Under the pieces are notes generated by a model, which did not search any database, was not told the DNA's origin, and worked only from the letters and a program-made list of their open reading frames with translations. From contig NC_083283.1 in assembly GCF_963506605.1 (NCBI RefSeq), positions 6,944,001 to 7,008,000 on the forward strand: DNA of 64,000 nt, given 5' to 3'. The position numbers and the translations under genes are program-made. This stretch comes from Zootoca vivipara (Eukaryota). Positions within the stretch are counted from its first letter, which is position 1. Each line of letters begins with the position of its first letter. This document shows, piece after piece, positions 37,553 to 49,415 of the stretch.

Positions 37553-37850
37553 TGCCGTGCTTTGCCGTGACTATTTCAGCTTGTGCAATAAAGGTGCACA
37601 GTGTGGAGCATTTTTGAGCCGTAGGGCTTCATATCTCCATGGCCAACATTTCAGGGGCTGTATACCATAGGTGGGTGGGGCAGAGAAGAAAAATGGGGAG
37701 AAGAAAAGACGTGACTCCTGGCATTGTAGAGTAGGATACATTTCAGCTATACAAACCCAACAAATTACAACAAAATCCAAGCCTCTTTTTCTGGTGAGCA
37801 AGAGCAATCAATGCAGTCCAAGGACATATTTCAGCCAGATCAAAAAACTC

Positions 37851-38837
37851 TTATGAAAGGTTCCTAAGTGGCTTTGAACAAGGAGGATCCATTTCCTGTC
37901 GGTCATTCTCCTCCTCATTCAGAACCCGCTGGAGGATGACCATTAGGCTCTCCCTAGATCGACCTCCCTTCTTCCTCCCAACCAGAAAATAGAGCAAGGG
38001 GTTCACACTGCTATTGAGGGAGGCACACAAGAAGCCATAATGGCCTGGAACATGAATATCCAGGCCTACAATTTCCAGGAAAAGAAGGGCATTGCATGGA
38101 ATAGCAAGCATGAGGAAGAAGAAGAGTTTAAGTAAAATAACTATTAAAAACCTTCCCCGCTTTCGTCGGTGTGATTTTAAACAGACTTTGATGAAAAGGA
38201 TCACAGTTGAAATTGTCATGAGTGGGAGGCAAAGCAGTCCAGTGAACACAAATTGAAAAAATTCTATGTTATATGGTGTGTTGAAATATTTTTGTTCGAG
38301 AATGTAGACGATTAGGCAGAGCAGACAGGAGAGGACCCATAGGAGGGCACACACAGGGGTGGACAAATATGTCGGCCGGATACACCGATACCAAATAGGG
38401 AACAGAACAGACACACATCTGTCAATGCTGATGGCTGTCAGAAGAAGTTGTCCAATGTTGTATGTGAAGAATAAGAGACGAAAAGCAATAGCATAATGAA
38501 ATCTATTTAAATTAAGAGAATTATAGAACTCTAGGCTCAGGAGGAATGCAAAGTCAGCAACAGCCAAATTAAGGATGTAGGTGGTGAATGGTTTCCTCCT
38601 AATGCGGAAACCAAGAAGCCAGATAACAATTCCATTCCCCAAAAATCCCACACAGCAGATAACTAAAATGAAGCCATATATTATAGATATAATAGATATT
38701 TCAAATGGGTTATAGTGGGAATGTCCTTGATCATTATATGAGCTAATATAAGTGTCGTTATACTCATTATATGTCACAGCGTCCGCAGCAGATTGCAAAG
38801 TCCCATTGATATGTCTTTCCATGCTGAATGACTGCAT
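37851..38837 (-). CDS. MAS-related GPCR (MRGPR/MAS1-like), 328 aa, recent-paralog subgroup
   Basis: Intact ORF with family motifs. The second ATG (MERHING) is an alternative start. Confidence 0.95.
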   Translation of the reverse strand: MQSFSMERHINGTLQSAADAVTYNEYNDTYISSYNDQGHSHYNPFEISIISIIYGFILVICCVGFLGNGIVIWLLGFRIRRKPFTTYILNLAVADFAFLLSLEFYNSLNLNRFHYAIAFRLLFFTYNIGQLLLTAISIDRCVSVLFPIWYRCIRPTYLSTPVCALLWVLSCLLCLIVYILEQKYFNTPYNIEFFQFVFTGLLCLPLMTISTVILFIKVCLKSHRRKRGRFLIVILLKLFFFLMLAIPCNALLFLEIVGLDIHVPGHYGFLCASLNSSVNPLLYFLVGRKKGGRSRESLMVILQRVLNEEENDRQEMDPPCSKPLRNLS

Positions 38838-41800
38838 GTGGAATCCTTCTCTCCTCTTCTGCAGCAGAGGTTTCCTCTAGGAAATGGAAAGTATCACAAA
38901 TAAGATTGACTCAGCTGGAATTCTGTGCAAAACCGAGAATGGTGAGACCCAGGAGCCCATTGAACCACACATACACCCAAAACTTTTGTCTATCAAGCCA
39001 AAAGTCATATATGTGGAATTCTCTGCAATATTACTGAATCCCCCACATGGGCCACACCCCTCTGGATTACTTCTCATAAAGCTGTTTTTGTTCTTTAGTG
39101 AATTAGTTTACGAGGAAATTGGGATTCACTGGTGGCAAGAGAAGAGGTCGGCACAGCATTCCCCGGTCTCCTTGCCCTATTGTCCAATTTGTAATGTCTC
39201 TCCAAAACTGGGATTCAATCATATTTCTTTTACTATGACCCGGCTCAACATTCCTGCCTAGGAAGAGATATTAGTAAGGATGAAGGAGATGGACGGAGAC
39301 AAAATGAGAAGGACTCCACCTTGTTTAGGGAAAGTTTGTTAGAAAGTTCTATAGCAGTGAATTTCACTTACCTACTGCATATGCATCCAGGTGGGACTAT
39401 CTTCCAATGCTAAAAGAGCAGTCTTGGAATGAATGAGCGTGTGGAGGAAGTTCTGAAAGAGAGGTCAGGCAGTAATGTAACATGTTTTCGTATTATAACT
39501 CAGTGTCCTTTTTGTTGCTCAGTTCCAAGGATTCTCCCCCAAAATAGAGCAAGCTTTCTGATATATCTATATTGGCTCCCCCCAATCAAGAAGGCTGTTT
39601 TTGATGCATGGGAAGCAAACTCGTTGGTGGGGGGGGGCAGGCGTTTACCCAAGTAGTAGTGGCACCTTTAAGAAGCAATAATACTTGCTTGATAAACAAA
39701 TGAACAGATTCTCCTGGTGGTGGTGATGACAGAAGGTTTACCTTACTCTCCCCTCCAAAGGCCCCAGCCATTTTCCTAGTGCAAGGAAACTGAGCATTAG
39801 CACTTGGGCTGTTGCTTTAGCTGTAGTTGGGAGCTGGTGGCATCACACATTCCTGGCTTTCAGCCTCGCCCTAATCCAGACAGCTGTTTACATCTACAAA
39901 CATAATGTATGTAGCCTCATACACAACATGCTGGGAAGACTTAGCAGTCCTCTTTGCCTGCCTGGTTCTCTTCTTCTGTAGTCCTGAGGTTGATGGGGAA
40001 ATATCCAAGAGCTTGCAAGAAACGCAAGTACCTAATGTGGAGACCTTTGATGATGGGGTAGGGATGTAATTAGCCTTCACTTCACTTCCTTATGACCAAG
40101 AGTAAGGAAAGTGCTCTACTGGCATTCTGAGTGTTGACTCAATGAGTGACTTATAGAAAGGAGAGAAACAAACTCTTCAGTGGGATAATTATTGTTCTGT
40201 AGCTTCACGCTAAGGGTTTAGTCACTCACAGAACAGAGAAAGGAATTCAAAAATTAAAGAGAGTGTATATGTTTATATATTAAGCGGAATCCCATCATAG
40301 TGTTTGCTTCTAGGAACATGGATATCTGCTCCCTTCGTATTGCCTTAATAATATCAACTTTCCCAAGACTTCACTGATCAATCATAGGTGAATTCCCTGC
40401 GCTGGACTTTGTTCACTTGATATGACCCAGTCTATTCTGCGCACCTGTTAAAATACATTAATTGCATTGTGTCTGGATACAAGGTTTGTTCTCTCCCTTG
40501 GCAGAACCTCAGGAAGTGACGTTATACTGAGTCAGACTATTGGTCTATCAAGAGCAGGATTTGTCAAACAGACTCTCAGTGCCACTCTCTAGCATTTTAA
40601 AAAAGTGGTCTTTCCACCCCTACCTGGAGGTGCTTGGGAATTAACCTTCTGCAAACACCGCTGCTCCAGCCTCTCCTGTAAATGTTTCACCCAACCTTGT
40701 GACTAACTGCAGATCAGCAGTCTTCAGAGATGGTGACTGCAAAAGAACAAGGACACAGCATCTTGAAGTGGTCCTAATGACTTAAGAGAAAAAAATGTGG
40801 CCCCACTCATGCCCCATGGAGAAAATAAAATCTTACCAGTCTCACTCAAAGATGCAAACTGGTCCCTCCTGTTCTTCCTCAGGGCTTCATTTGATTCTAT
40901 GCCTCATAGGACAAAAGGATGCTCTTTAATTGAATATGAAGATAATTATCAGTTCACCAAGGAGGAGGAGACTATTGTCATTTATGTCCCCAAAGGCTAC
41001 AGTCATGAAGACCAGGTTTGCAATTGGTTCTAGAGGAAACAGCTCATGTCTCGTGTACTTCTTTATCTGTACCAGACAAATGGAATAAATCAAGACCTCA
41101 TCCCCACATTTCTAATCTAGACTGTCTAAGCAAGATAACAACTTCCTGGGCTTTTAACGGCCAAAAGCATTTGTCCCCTATATGTATTTTATTTGGTGGG
41201 GGAGTTGAGTATTGGTGATGAGACATGATTACCTAGGGTGGGAGGGGAGGTTGCTTTTTAGTAGCACAACTAGGTGGAGGGGGGCAAGGAGTCAGAACCA
41301 TCCGTTGTGACTCATGGAAGGGAGCAGTTCAACCAGGTCATCCTTCATGACCCCCTTTGTTCGAGGCAATTCCATGGTAACCAATGTAACATTTATTTCA
41401 TTCATTTATTTCAAAAAAATTAAACACTGCTTGATTGTCAAAAAACAAAACAAAAACAAAAACAAAAAACACCCCAAAGCAGCTTACAAAAGAATAAACA
41501 GAAAAATCAAGAAAAATCACAACCATTCTTAAAAACATGCAAAAGTTAAAATACTGAAGCAGATTGAATATATGTTAAGTTTCTTTACATGATATATTGT
41601 GCTTACAGTAATATCATTTGAACTCCAATTAACTTTAATATATATTTAATAGCTATATGAAGCCATTAGATGTGGTCATTAGGAGTTCTGGAGCATGGTA
41701 CCAGCAGTGCGATGATGTTGACACACAGCTTTCTTGGGTGGGAGAGGTGTCTATCAGTGGGGAGACATGATTACCAAGGGCAGTAGGTTATGCAAACTAG

Positions 41801-43833
41801 GTGGAGGGGGCAAGCATTCAGAGTCATTTGCTGTCACTCATGGGACCAGGTAGGCTCTGCCTCTGAGCTTTCTCATTGGTCAATCTGCATTAACCATTTC
41901 CATCACAAGGAATAGGCAAAGGCCACATCCGTGTCACATTAATTTCTTTTTATTTATTTCATTAAATTTATATACGCTGCTTTCCCTTTCCATAACATAG
42001 GAATCTGGAGAGGCTGTGAAAGCTTTTAACCTTTTGTCTGGATGCAGTAGTGGTCTGGATGAGGGGTAATAAACTGTGTTTGAATTCAAGGAAGATGGGA
42101 GCTCTTTGAATGGGGGTTCCCCGTGTTTTGGAAATTGGGAAGTTCCCTGTTCTGAGTGGGGTTGCACTCCCTTTGAAGGAGCGAGTGTGAAGTTTGGGGG
42201 TACTTCTAGATAAATCTTTGTCACTAGATGCTCAGGTGTCTTCTGTGCATCTGAGAGCCTTTGATCAGCTATGGCAATTCCTGGACGGGGATAGCCTGAC
42301 CCTGCAGACCAGGCATTGGTAACCTCGTGGCTAGATTACTGTGATATGCTTGATGTGGGGCTGCTCTTGGGTCTGGTTTGGAAGTTCCAGCAGATGCAGA
42401 ATGCTGCTGCCAGATTGCTGATGGGAGATTCTCATCGATTCCTGCATTGCAGGGGCTTGGAGTAGATGATCCTCGTGTTCCTTTACAACTCTAAAATTCT
42501 ATGATTTTATGATGTATTCTACAATACTTGGAAAAACACACCATGCACTTATTGACTCTGGGTCCCATGTTCTCTTTCCTCGCCCTCTCTCCCCTAAGAA
42601 TCTCCCTTAAAATGAATTGGAAGGGGGTTGGACTGGATGGCCCTTGTGGTCTCTTCCAACTCTATGATTCTATGAGTCTGATCCTTGGTTCCATCTAGCT
42701 CAGTATTGGTCATACTGGCTACCAGACACTGCTAGGGATTTCAAAGAAGGGTGTCTCTGATCCCAGCAGGAGACTAAAATGGGGACATTCCATTTGCAAA
42801 GCAGATGCTCTTCACTAAGTTACTTGGCCATTTCTCCATACATCTTTTTCCATGGATGGATGTAATCTGCTCCCTCACTAAGCTTCACCCAACCACCCAG
42901 AAGGTAGTTATTTTACAACCTGCTGACCAAGTATGGATTGGGAGTCAACAGATATGGTGTTCAGAAGACAACAGGGACAAAGTATCCTGCAACAGAATGG
43001 GAGGTACTAAGGCATTAGAAAGGAAATGGGGCACCAATCATTTCTCAAAGAAAAATGGAAAAACCGTACCAATCTCATGCTGATCCCACCCATTCTTTAT
43101 TTTGGCTTAATCTGTTTCCCTGCCTCAGGCGGCAAGATCATGTTCTTTTAGTGGCCATGAGGATAAATACCATCTGGCCCAGGAGGAGGAGACGATTGTC
43201 ATTTAAAGATCTATGTCCCCAAATTCTAGTTTGTAATGGGTTGTGAAGGGGAAACCGAACACATGTTTCATGTGTTTCTTTATCTGTAACAGCCAAGTAA
43301 AATATCTCAGGACCTGTCATGATAACAGATAACAGATGAAACCATCCTGGCTGTTTAACGGCAAAAAACATTTGCCCAATATTGGACGTTTTGTAGGGAG
43401 GAGGTGAGCACAGAAGGGGAAAATAGGATTTTCCGAAATGTCTTGCTGTTTCTTCCCTGTGTAAAATGATAGGTGAGAAGTGGATTGGGATGCAAGAGCA
43501 GTTGGTTCTTAAGGATGTTAAAATGAGGTTTTTTAAATTGTAAAGCAGATAATTTAATAAAAATTATAAAAAAAGAGTCCTTTATTTCCATCTACAGGTG
43601 AATGGACAATGAGAGTGACAGTTCTTTTCTATCTACATGCCCCTGAAGCCCACCTTAACTTAAGCTGGCTGTCCTCCTTAAAAAGAGATTGGGTAAGGCA
43701 GACACTCAAGATATATGCCAATACAATGCATTCTTTTTTTAAAAATGAAAATTTATTAAGAAATTTCATAATACAATAAAAAACAAACTAGTCTAATCAA
43801 AAAAAAAAAAAGGAGAGAGAAAGAGATAGTACA

Positions 43834-44400
43834 GGGGTGCTCAGAGGGGAGAGGAGGGGGTGGAAGGAAACCCAGACACAAAAATGGAACCTTGGAAGTG
43901 CTGTGCCCTGCGGGTTCCTCTTGTGGCAGGAGGGGGCCTGTGGGAGGGCAGCATGGAAAAGGAGGAGGATTAAGTCAATACTATAAGAATAGGATTTTGA
44001 ATTGGATTAGAAAACCCGCCATAATTAATTAAAGAAGTTAGGAAAACCAGGAGGAAGAGTATCGAGGAAGTCACAATTATAATGTTAAGATAATAAGAAT
44101 TGGGAATTTATATTTTTTCCCTATTGTTGTGTGTGTTTGTTCAAGTATGCTTATGAAAGAGCTGGGGGGAAACCAACCCTCAGAGCTCCTCCATCCCTGT
44201 CCTTTCAGTGGCAGGGAGGGGATAAGGGGGGAGGAAGGAGGGGGGAGGCCAAACCCAACTTATAATGGACCCCTTTGATTCTCAACGCCCCCGGGTCCTA
44301 CTGGTGGCAGAAGTGGACTGGTGGGTGGTGGGAAATTGAAGGGACAGTGTTATATTCTATGTTTTGTTTGTATAAAACTAATAAAAATTATTATAAAAAA
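43834..44400 (+). mobile_element. L1-like G-rich 3' fragment
   Basis: Ends with AATAAA and an A-rich tail; 18-bp TSD AGAGAAAGAGATAGTACA; empty site at ~34763; same family as 55424-56171. Confidence 0.8.
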
Positions 44401-45038
44401 AGAGAAAGAGATAGTACAATGCAATGTCCTGCCTTACAAATGTATCACAACTTTTATACCATACAGAAAGAGATGACCCCTCACCCCCAGCTTTTACCTT
44501 GGAGTTTGTCTCACCCTGGGAGATCTCCCCTTCCCTGCATTTCACTCAGGGTCCTTTACTAGCTGTCCATCACCCTCATATGCATGCAATTATTTCCTTA
44601 ACCCAGGACTCAGCCATGCAATTGAAAAAAAAAACAAAAAAAAAACATTCCTAGTTAGTTTTAAGTGCAATATAGAAAGTAACAATACACGGCGATGGTG
44701 AGCCTTATGGAAAATTCAATGTATTTTCAAAAAGCGTTTTAAGGATGGTTTTTATTTATGTGTAGAGTACAGGACAACAACAAGAGAAAGCTGATCTAAA
44801 CACACACAAAAACAGGGCAAAAAAAGAAAATACCATGCATCGTAATGTATATATCAGCAGTTAATACAAGTGCTTGCCTCAATATGGTATCATTCTTTGC
44901 TTGTTTATTGAACACAAATATAGACTGATTTTTAAGAAACCAACTCTTCAGATAGCACTGTACAAGTACAAAATGACAACCATCAAAAATACAAAACAGG
45001 TTGGTTTTTTATATTAAAAGATAGGCACCCAAAATTCC

Positions 45039-45041
<3 letters not shown>

Positions 45042-45096
<55 letters not shown>
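45042..45096. repeat. (AT)n(AG)n microsatellite
   Basis: Direct reading. Confidence 0.95.
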
Positions 45097-45102
<6 letters not shown>

Positions 45103-47845
45103 ACTTCAAAAAATTCTAATGGATAAAAGAGTGCTTTTAAATTATAATGTTACCAAACAAGAAGTGGAAGAGGCAATAAAGCAAATGACAATAGGAAAAG
45201 CACCGGGTCCAGATGGCTTAACGGCAAAGTATTATAAGATCCTAAAAGACTGGTTAGTTGAACCATTCACTGATTTGTGCAACAAGATTTTAGGAGGGGG
45301 CAAGGCACCAGAGACTTGGTAAGAGGCATATATAACATTGATATTAAAACCAGACACAGACAGATTGCATATGACGAATTACCGACCGATATCATTATTA
45401 AATGTGGATTACAAAATTTTTGCTAATATTTTGGCATAAAGATTAAAGAGATTATTAAGGGATTTGATCCATAAAGATCAGGCCAGGTTTTTGCCCAGCA
45501 GACACTTGAAGGACAATATTAGAAACATTGTGGATATTTTAGAAATGCTGGAGGAAAAGAAGAACATGAGTGCAGCTTTAATTTTTGTGGATGCCGAAAA
45601 AGCTTTGGATAACATTTCTTGGAGATTCATGATACGTAATTTAGAGAAAATGGAAGTTGGGAGGGAGTTTATAAATGGTTTGTCAGCTATATATGTAGAC
45701 CAAAAAGCAAAGATTATTGTTAATAGGGTGATATCAGAAGATATTCGAATAGAAAAAGGAACTAGACAAGGATGCCCACTCTCCCCTTTGTTATTCACTA
45801 CAGTTCTGGAGGTTTTACTAGACAGGATCAGGAAGGAGAAAGAGGTCTCGGGGGTCAAAGTGGGAAAGAAACAATATAAGTTGAAAGCTTTTGCAGATGA
45901 TCTAGTTTTGACAGTTCAGGAACCGGACACTAGTATTCCTAATGTATTAGAGATTATACAGGAGTTTGGACAGCTGGCAGGCTTCAAATTAAATAAAATG
46001 AAAACCAAAGTTTTGAGTAAAAATTTAACACCGGAAGAGATAAGTCAGCTACAAGAGACCACGGGATTGACATTTGTGAAAAAGGTTAAATATCTAGGGG
46101 TAAATGTGTCAGACAAAAATATACAGTTATTTAAAAACAATTATGAGAAGTTGTGGAATGAGGTGAAGAGAGACTTGGAAACTTGGTCAAGATTGAAATT
46201 GTCATTGTTAGGGCGCATTTCAGTTATAAAAATGAATGTATTGTCAAAAATGTTGTTTATGTTTCAAGCATTGCCAATTGTAGAGAAACAGGCATGTTTT
46301 AAAGAATGGCAAAAAACCTTATCAAGATTTATCTGGCAGGGGAAGAAGCCTAGAATTAGATATAAGTTATTGACTGATGTTAAAGAAAGAGGGGGATTCT
46401 TCCTGCTCTTTCTTTAACATTTTTAACATCTTTAACTCTTAAAGTTATATTTTGAGGCAGCGGCCTTTTGCTGGATGAAAGAATGGTTCACACTTGATAA
46501 TACAGATGTTTTAGATCTGGAAGGGTATGACAATGCATTTGGGTGGCACGCTTATTTATGGTATAACAAAGTTAAAGTACATAATCGATTTAAATGTCAT
46601 ATTATAAGAAAGTCATTGTTTAATGTTTGGACTAGATATAAAGATCTTCTAGAAAGAAAAACACCTAGATGGTTATCACCACTGGAAGCAAAGGTTAATA
46701 AAAAAATTAATATGCAAGATAAATGGATAAGATATAAAGATATGTTGATAGAAGAAAATGATCAGGTGAAGTTAAAGCCTTATGAGCAGATGAAAGATCA
46801 ATTGAGTGGTTGGTTGCAGTATTGTCAGATTAATGAGTTATTCAAAATGGATAAAAAAATTGGTTTTCAAATTGAAAAATCAAAGTTGGAAACAGAATTA
46901 ATTGAACCAAAAGTTAAAAATCTTGCAAGAATGTATAAGTTACTGTTGGAATGGCATACGAAAGATGAGCCAACAAAATCAATGATGATAGATTGGGCAA
47001 AGGATATAGGACATAATATAATGTTGGAAGATTGGGAAAGGTTATGGAATTGTAACATGAATTTTACTGCTTCTAGTTTGTTAAAAGAAAATTTGTATAA
47101 GATGATGTATAGATGATATCTTATGCCAGTGAAACTGGCAAGGATATATCATAATAAAGATAATAAATGTTGGAAATGTAAAGAAACAGAAGGGACCTTT
47201 TACCAAATGTGGTGGACTTGTCCCCGAGTAAAGAGCTTCTGGGACAAGATTTATAATGAGTTGAAGAAAGTGTTTAAAAACACGTTTGTTAAAAACCCGG
47301 AGGCCTTTTTACTTGGAACTACAAGGAAAGAATTGCCAAAGAAAGATATTACTTTTTTTCTGTATGCCACAGCAGCAGCTAGAATTGTATTAGCAAGGAA
47401 TTGGAGAGTTGAAGAATTATCTACAGTGGACAACTGGCAGATGAAGCTGATAGATTTTATGGAGCTGTCTGAATTAACTGCGAGAGTCCGAGATCGGGGA
47501 GAGGAGACGGTGGAAGAAGATTGGAAGAAATTTAAGATATATAAGATTAAGAATGGACAATAAGGGAAGGGGTTATACAAAGATGCTGAAGAAGTGCAAA
47601 GACTTTGTAAGACGGATTTAAGTGTTAAATGTAAATTAATTAGTGAATACATTCTTTATAAGTAAATTAGAAAAAGAATTGGATTAAGAAGTAGAGAGTG
47701 CAGTAATACATATAATTAGAAACGTGGAAAGGGGGGGAAGGAGGAAGTCGACAGTGTTAGATTTATATTGGGTAAAATGATAAAGAATTGTTTTCTTGTT
47801 TTTGTTTTGTATTTTTGTCTTGTTTTTAATTTTGTAAGTTTTCCC
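45097..47845 (+). mobile_element. L1-clade LINE, 5'-truncated ORF2 (RT plus C-terminal zinc knuckle), inactivated by stops
   Basis: GKAPGPDG, YRPISLLNVDYKIFA, VDAEKALD, KGTRQGCPLSPLLF, AFADDL, KYLGVN, CWKC..GT..MWWTC; several in-frame stops. Confidence 0.93.
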
Positions 47846-48428
47846 CCTGGAATCATACACTCATAAAATTGTGGAGTTGGAAGGCGCATCCAGGGGCATC
47901 TGATCCAACCTCCTGCAATGTAGGAATCTCAACTAAAGCACCACAAGGTTGTTTAATCTTACATGGAATTAACTTCTGCAAATGTGGCCTTTTTATCTCC
48001 TATGATTGCTGGCAGCACCTAAGTAGAGTCTCTGAATTAAATCATAAGGTGCAGGTGATCTCACAGGAGTGAAGGCAGTCCTTGAAATACCCTATTTCCA
48101 GCACTTCCAAGTAGACTTTGGTTTGCTGTAAAAAGTGGTGCACCTGGTATAGTATAGTTAAATGGTGTGGAGCCTCTTTCAGCCAAAGGGCTTCATTTCT
48201 TCGTAGCCAACATTTCAGGGGCTGTATACAATAAGTGGGTGAGGCACAGAAGAAAAATTGAGATAACAAAAGACATGACCCCTCCCTTTCTTTTGGGAGA
48301 AGCAAAAAGGTGACTACTCCCTTTCTAAAGTAGGATACATTTCAGCTACACAAACCCCAAAATTTTTAAAAACTACAACAACCCAGCCTGTTTTTCTGGG
48401 ACACATTACAGCCAGACCAAAAAAACTC

Positions 48429-49415
48429 TTATGAAAGGTTCCTAAGTGGGTTGGAACAAGGAGGGTCCATTTCCTGTCTGTCATTCTCCTCCTCATTCAA
48501 AACCCGCTGGAGGATGACCATTAGGCTCTCCCGAGATCGACCTCCCTTCTTCCTCCCAACCAGAAAATAGAGGAAGGGGTTCACACTGCTGTTGAGCGAG
48601 GCACACAAAGCGGCATAATGGAATCGAACGGGAATTTTCAGGCCAACAATTAAACTATCGAGAAGAATGGCATTGAGTGGAAAAGCAAGCATGAGGAAGA
48701 AGAAGAGTGTGAGTAAAATAACTATTAAAAGCCTTCCCTGCTTTCGTGGGTGTGATTTAAAACAGACTTTGATGAAAAGGATCACAGTTGAAATTGTCAT
48801 GAGTGGGAGGCAAACCAGTCCAGTAATGAGAAATTGGAAAAATTCTCTGGGGATACGAAGAAAGATGGTATTTGATCTAAGGAAAGATGTTTCTTTGAGA
48901 ATGTAGAGGACTATGGAGAGCAGACAGGAGAGGACCCATATGAGGGCACACACAGTGGTGGACAAGTGTGTTGGCCGGACACACCGATGCCAAATAGGGA
49001 AGAGGACAGACACACATCTGTCAATGCTGATGGCTGTCAGGAGAAGTTGTCCAGTGTTGTATGTGAAGGCTAAGAGATAAACAGCAATTCTATAAGGAAA
49101 AGAATCAGTAAACTCAATAGAATAAAATAACTCTAGGCTCAGGAGGAATGCAAAGTCAGCAACAGACAAATTAAGGATGTAGGGGGTAAACGGTTTCCTC
49201 CTAATGCGGAAACCAAGAAGCCAGATGACAATTCCATTCCCCAAAAATCCCATACAACAGATGACTAAAATGAAGCCATATATTATAGATCCTTCAAATG
49301 GGTTGTATTGGGAATATCCTTGGTCATTATATGAGCTATTATAAGTTTCATCATACTTGTTATCTGTCACAGCATCAGCAGCAGATTGCAAAGTCCCATT
49401 GATATGTCTTTCCAT
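48429..49415 (-). CDS. MAS-related GPCR (MRGPR/MAS1-like), 328 aa, recent-paralog subgroup
   Basis: Intact ORF MERHING...PLRNLS* with family motifs. Confidence 0.95.
   Translation of the reverse strand: MERHINGTLQSAADAVTDNKYDETYNSSYNDQGYSQYNPFEGSIIYGFILVICCMGFLGNGIVIWLLGFRIRRKPFTPYILNLSVADFAFLLSLELFYSIEFTDSFPYRIAVYLLAFTYNTGQLLLTAISIDRCVSVLFPIWHRCVRPTHLSTTVCALIWVLSCLLSIVLYILKETSFLRSNTIFLRIPREFFQFLITGLVCLPLMTISTVILFIKVCFKSHPRKQGRLLIVILLTLFFFLMLAFPLNAILLDSLIVGLKIPVRFHYAALCASLNSSVNPFLYFLVGRKKGGRSRESLMVILQRVLNEEENDRQEMDPPCSNPLRNLS

Noticed and set aside
38884-39261. Antisense ORF MESITNKIDSAG... also at 55156
   Set aside because: It is not maintained in the 27.6k and 49.5k copies, lies over the putative intron, and has no homology.
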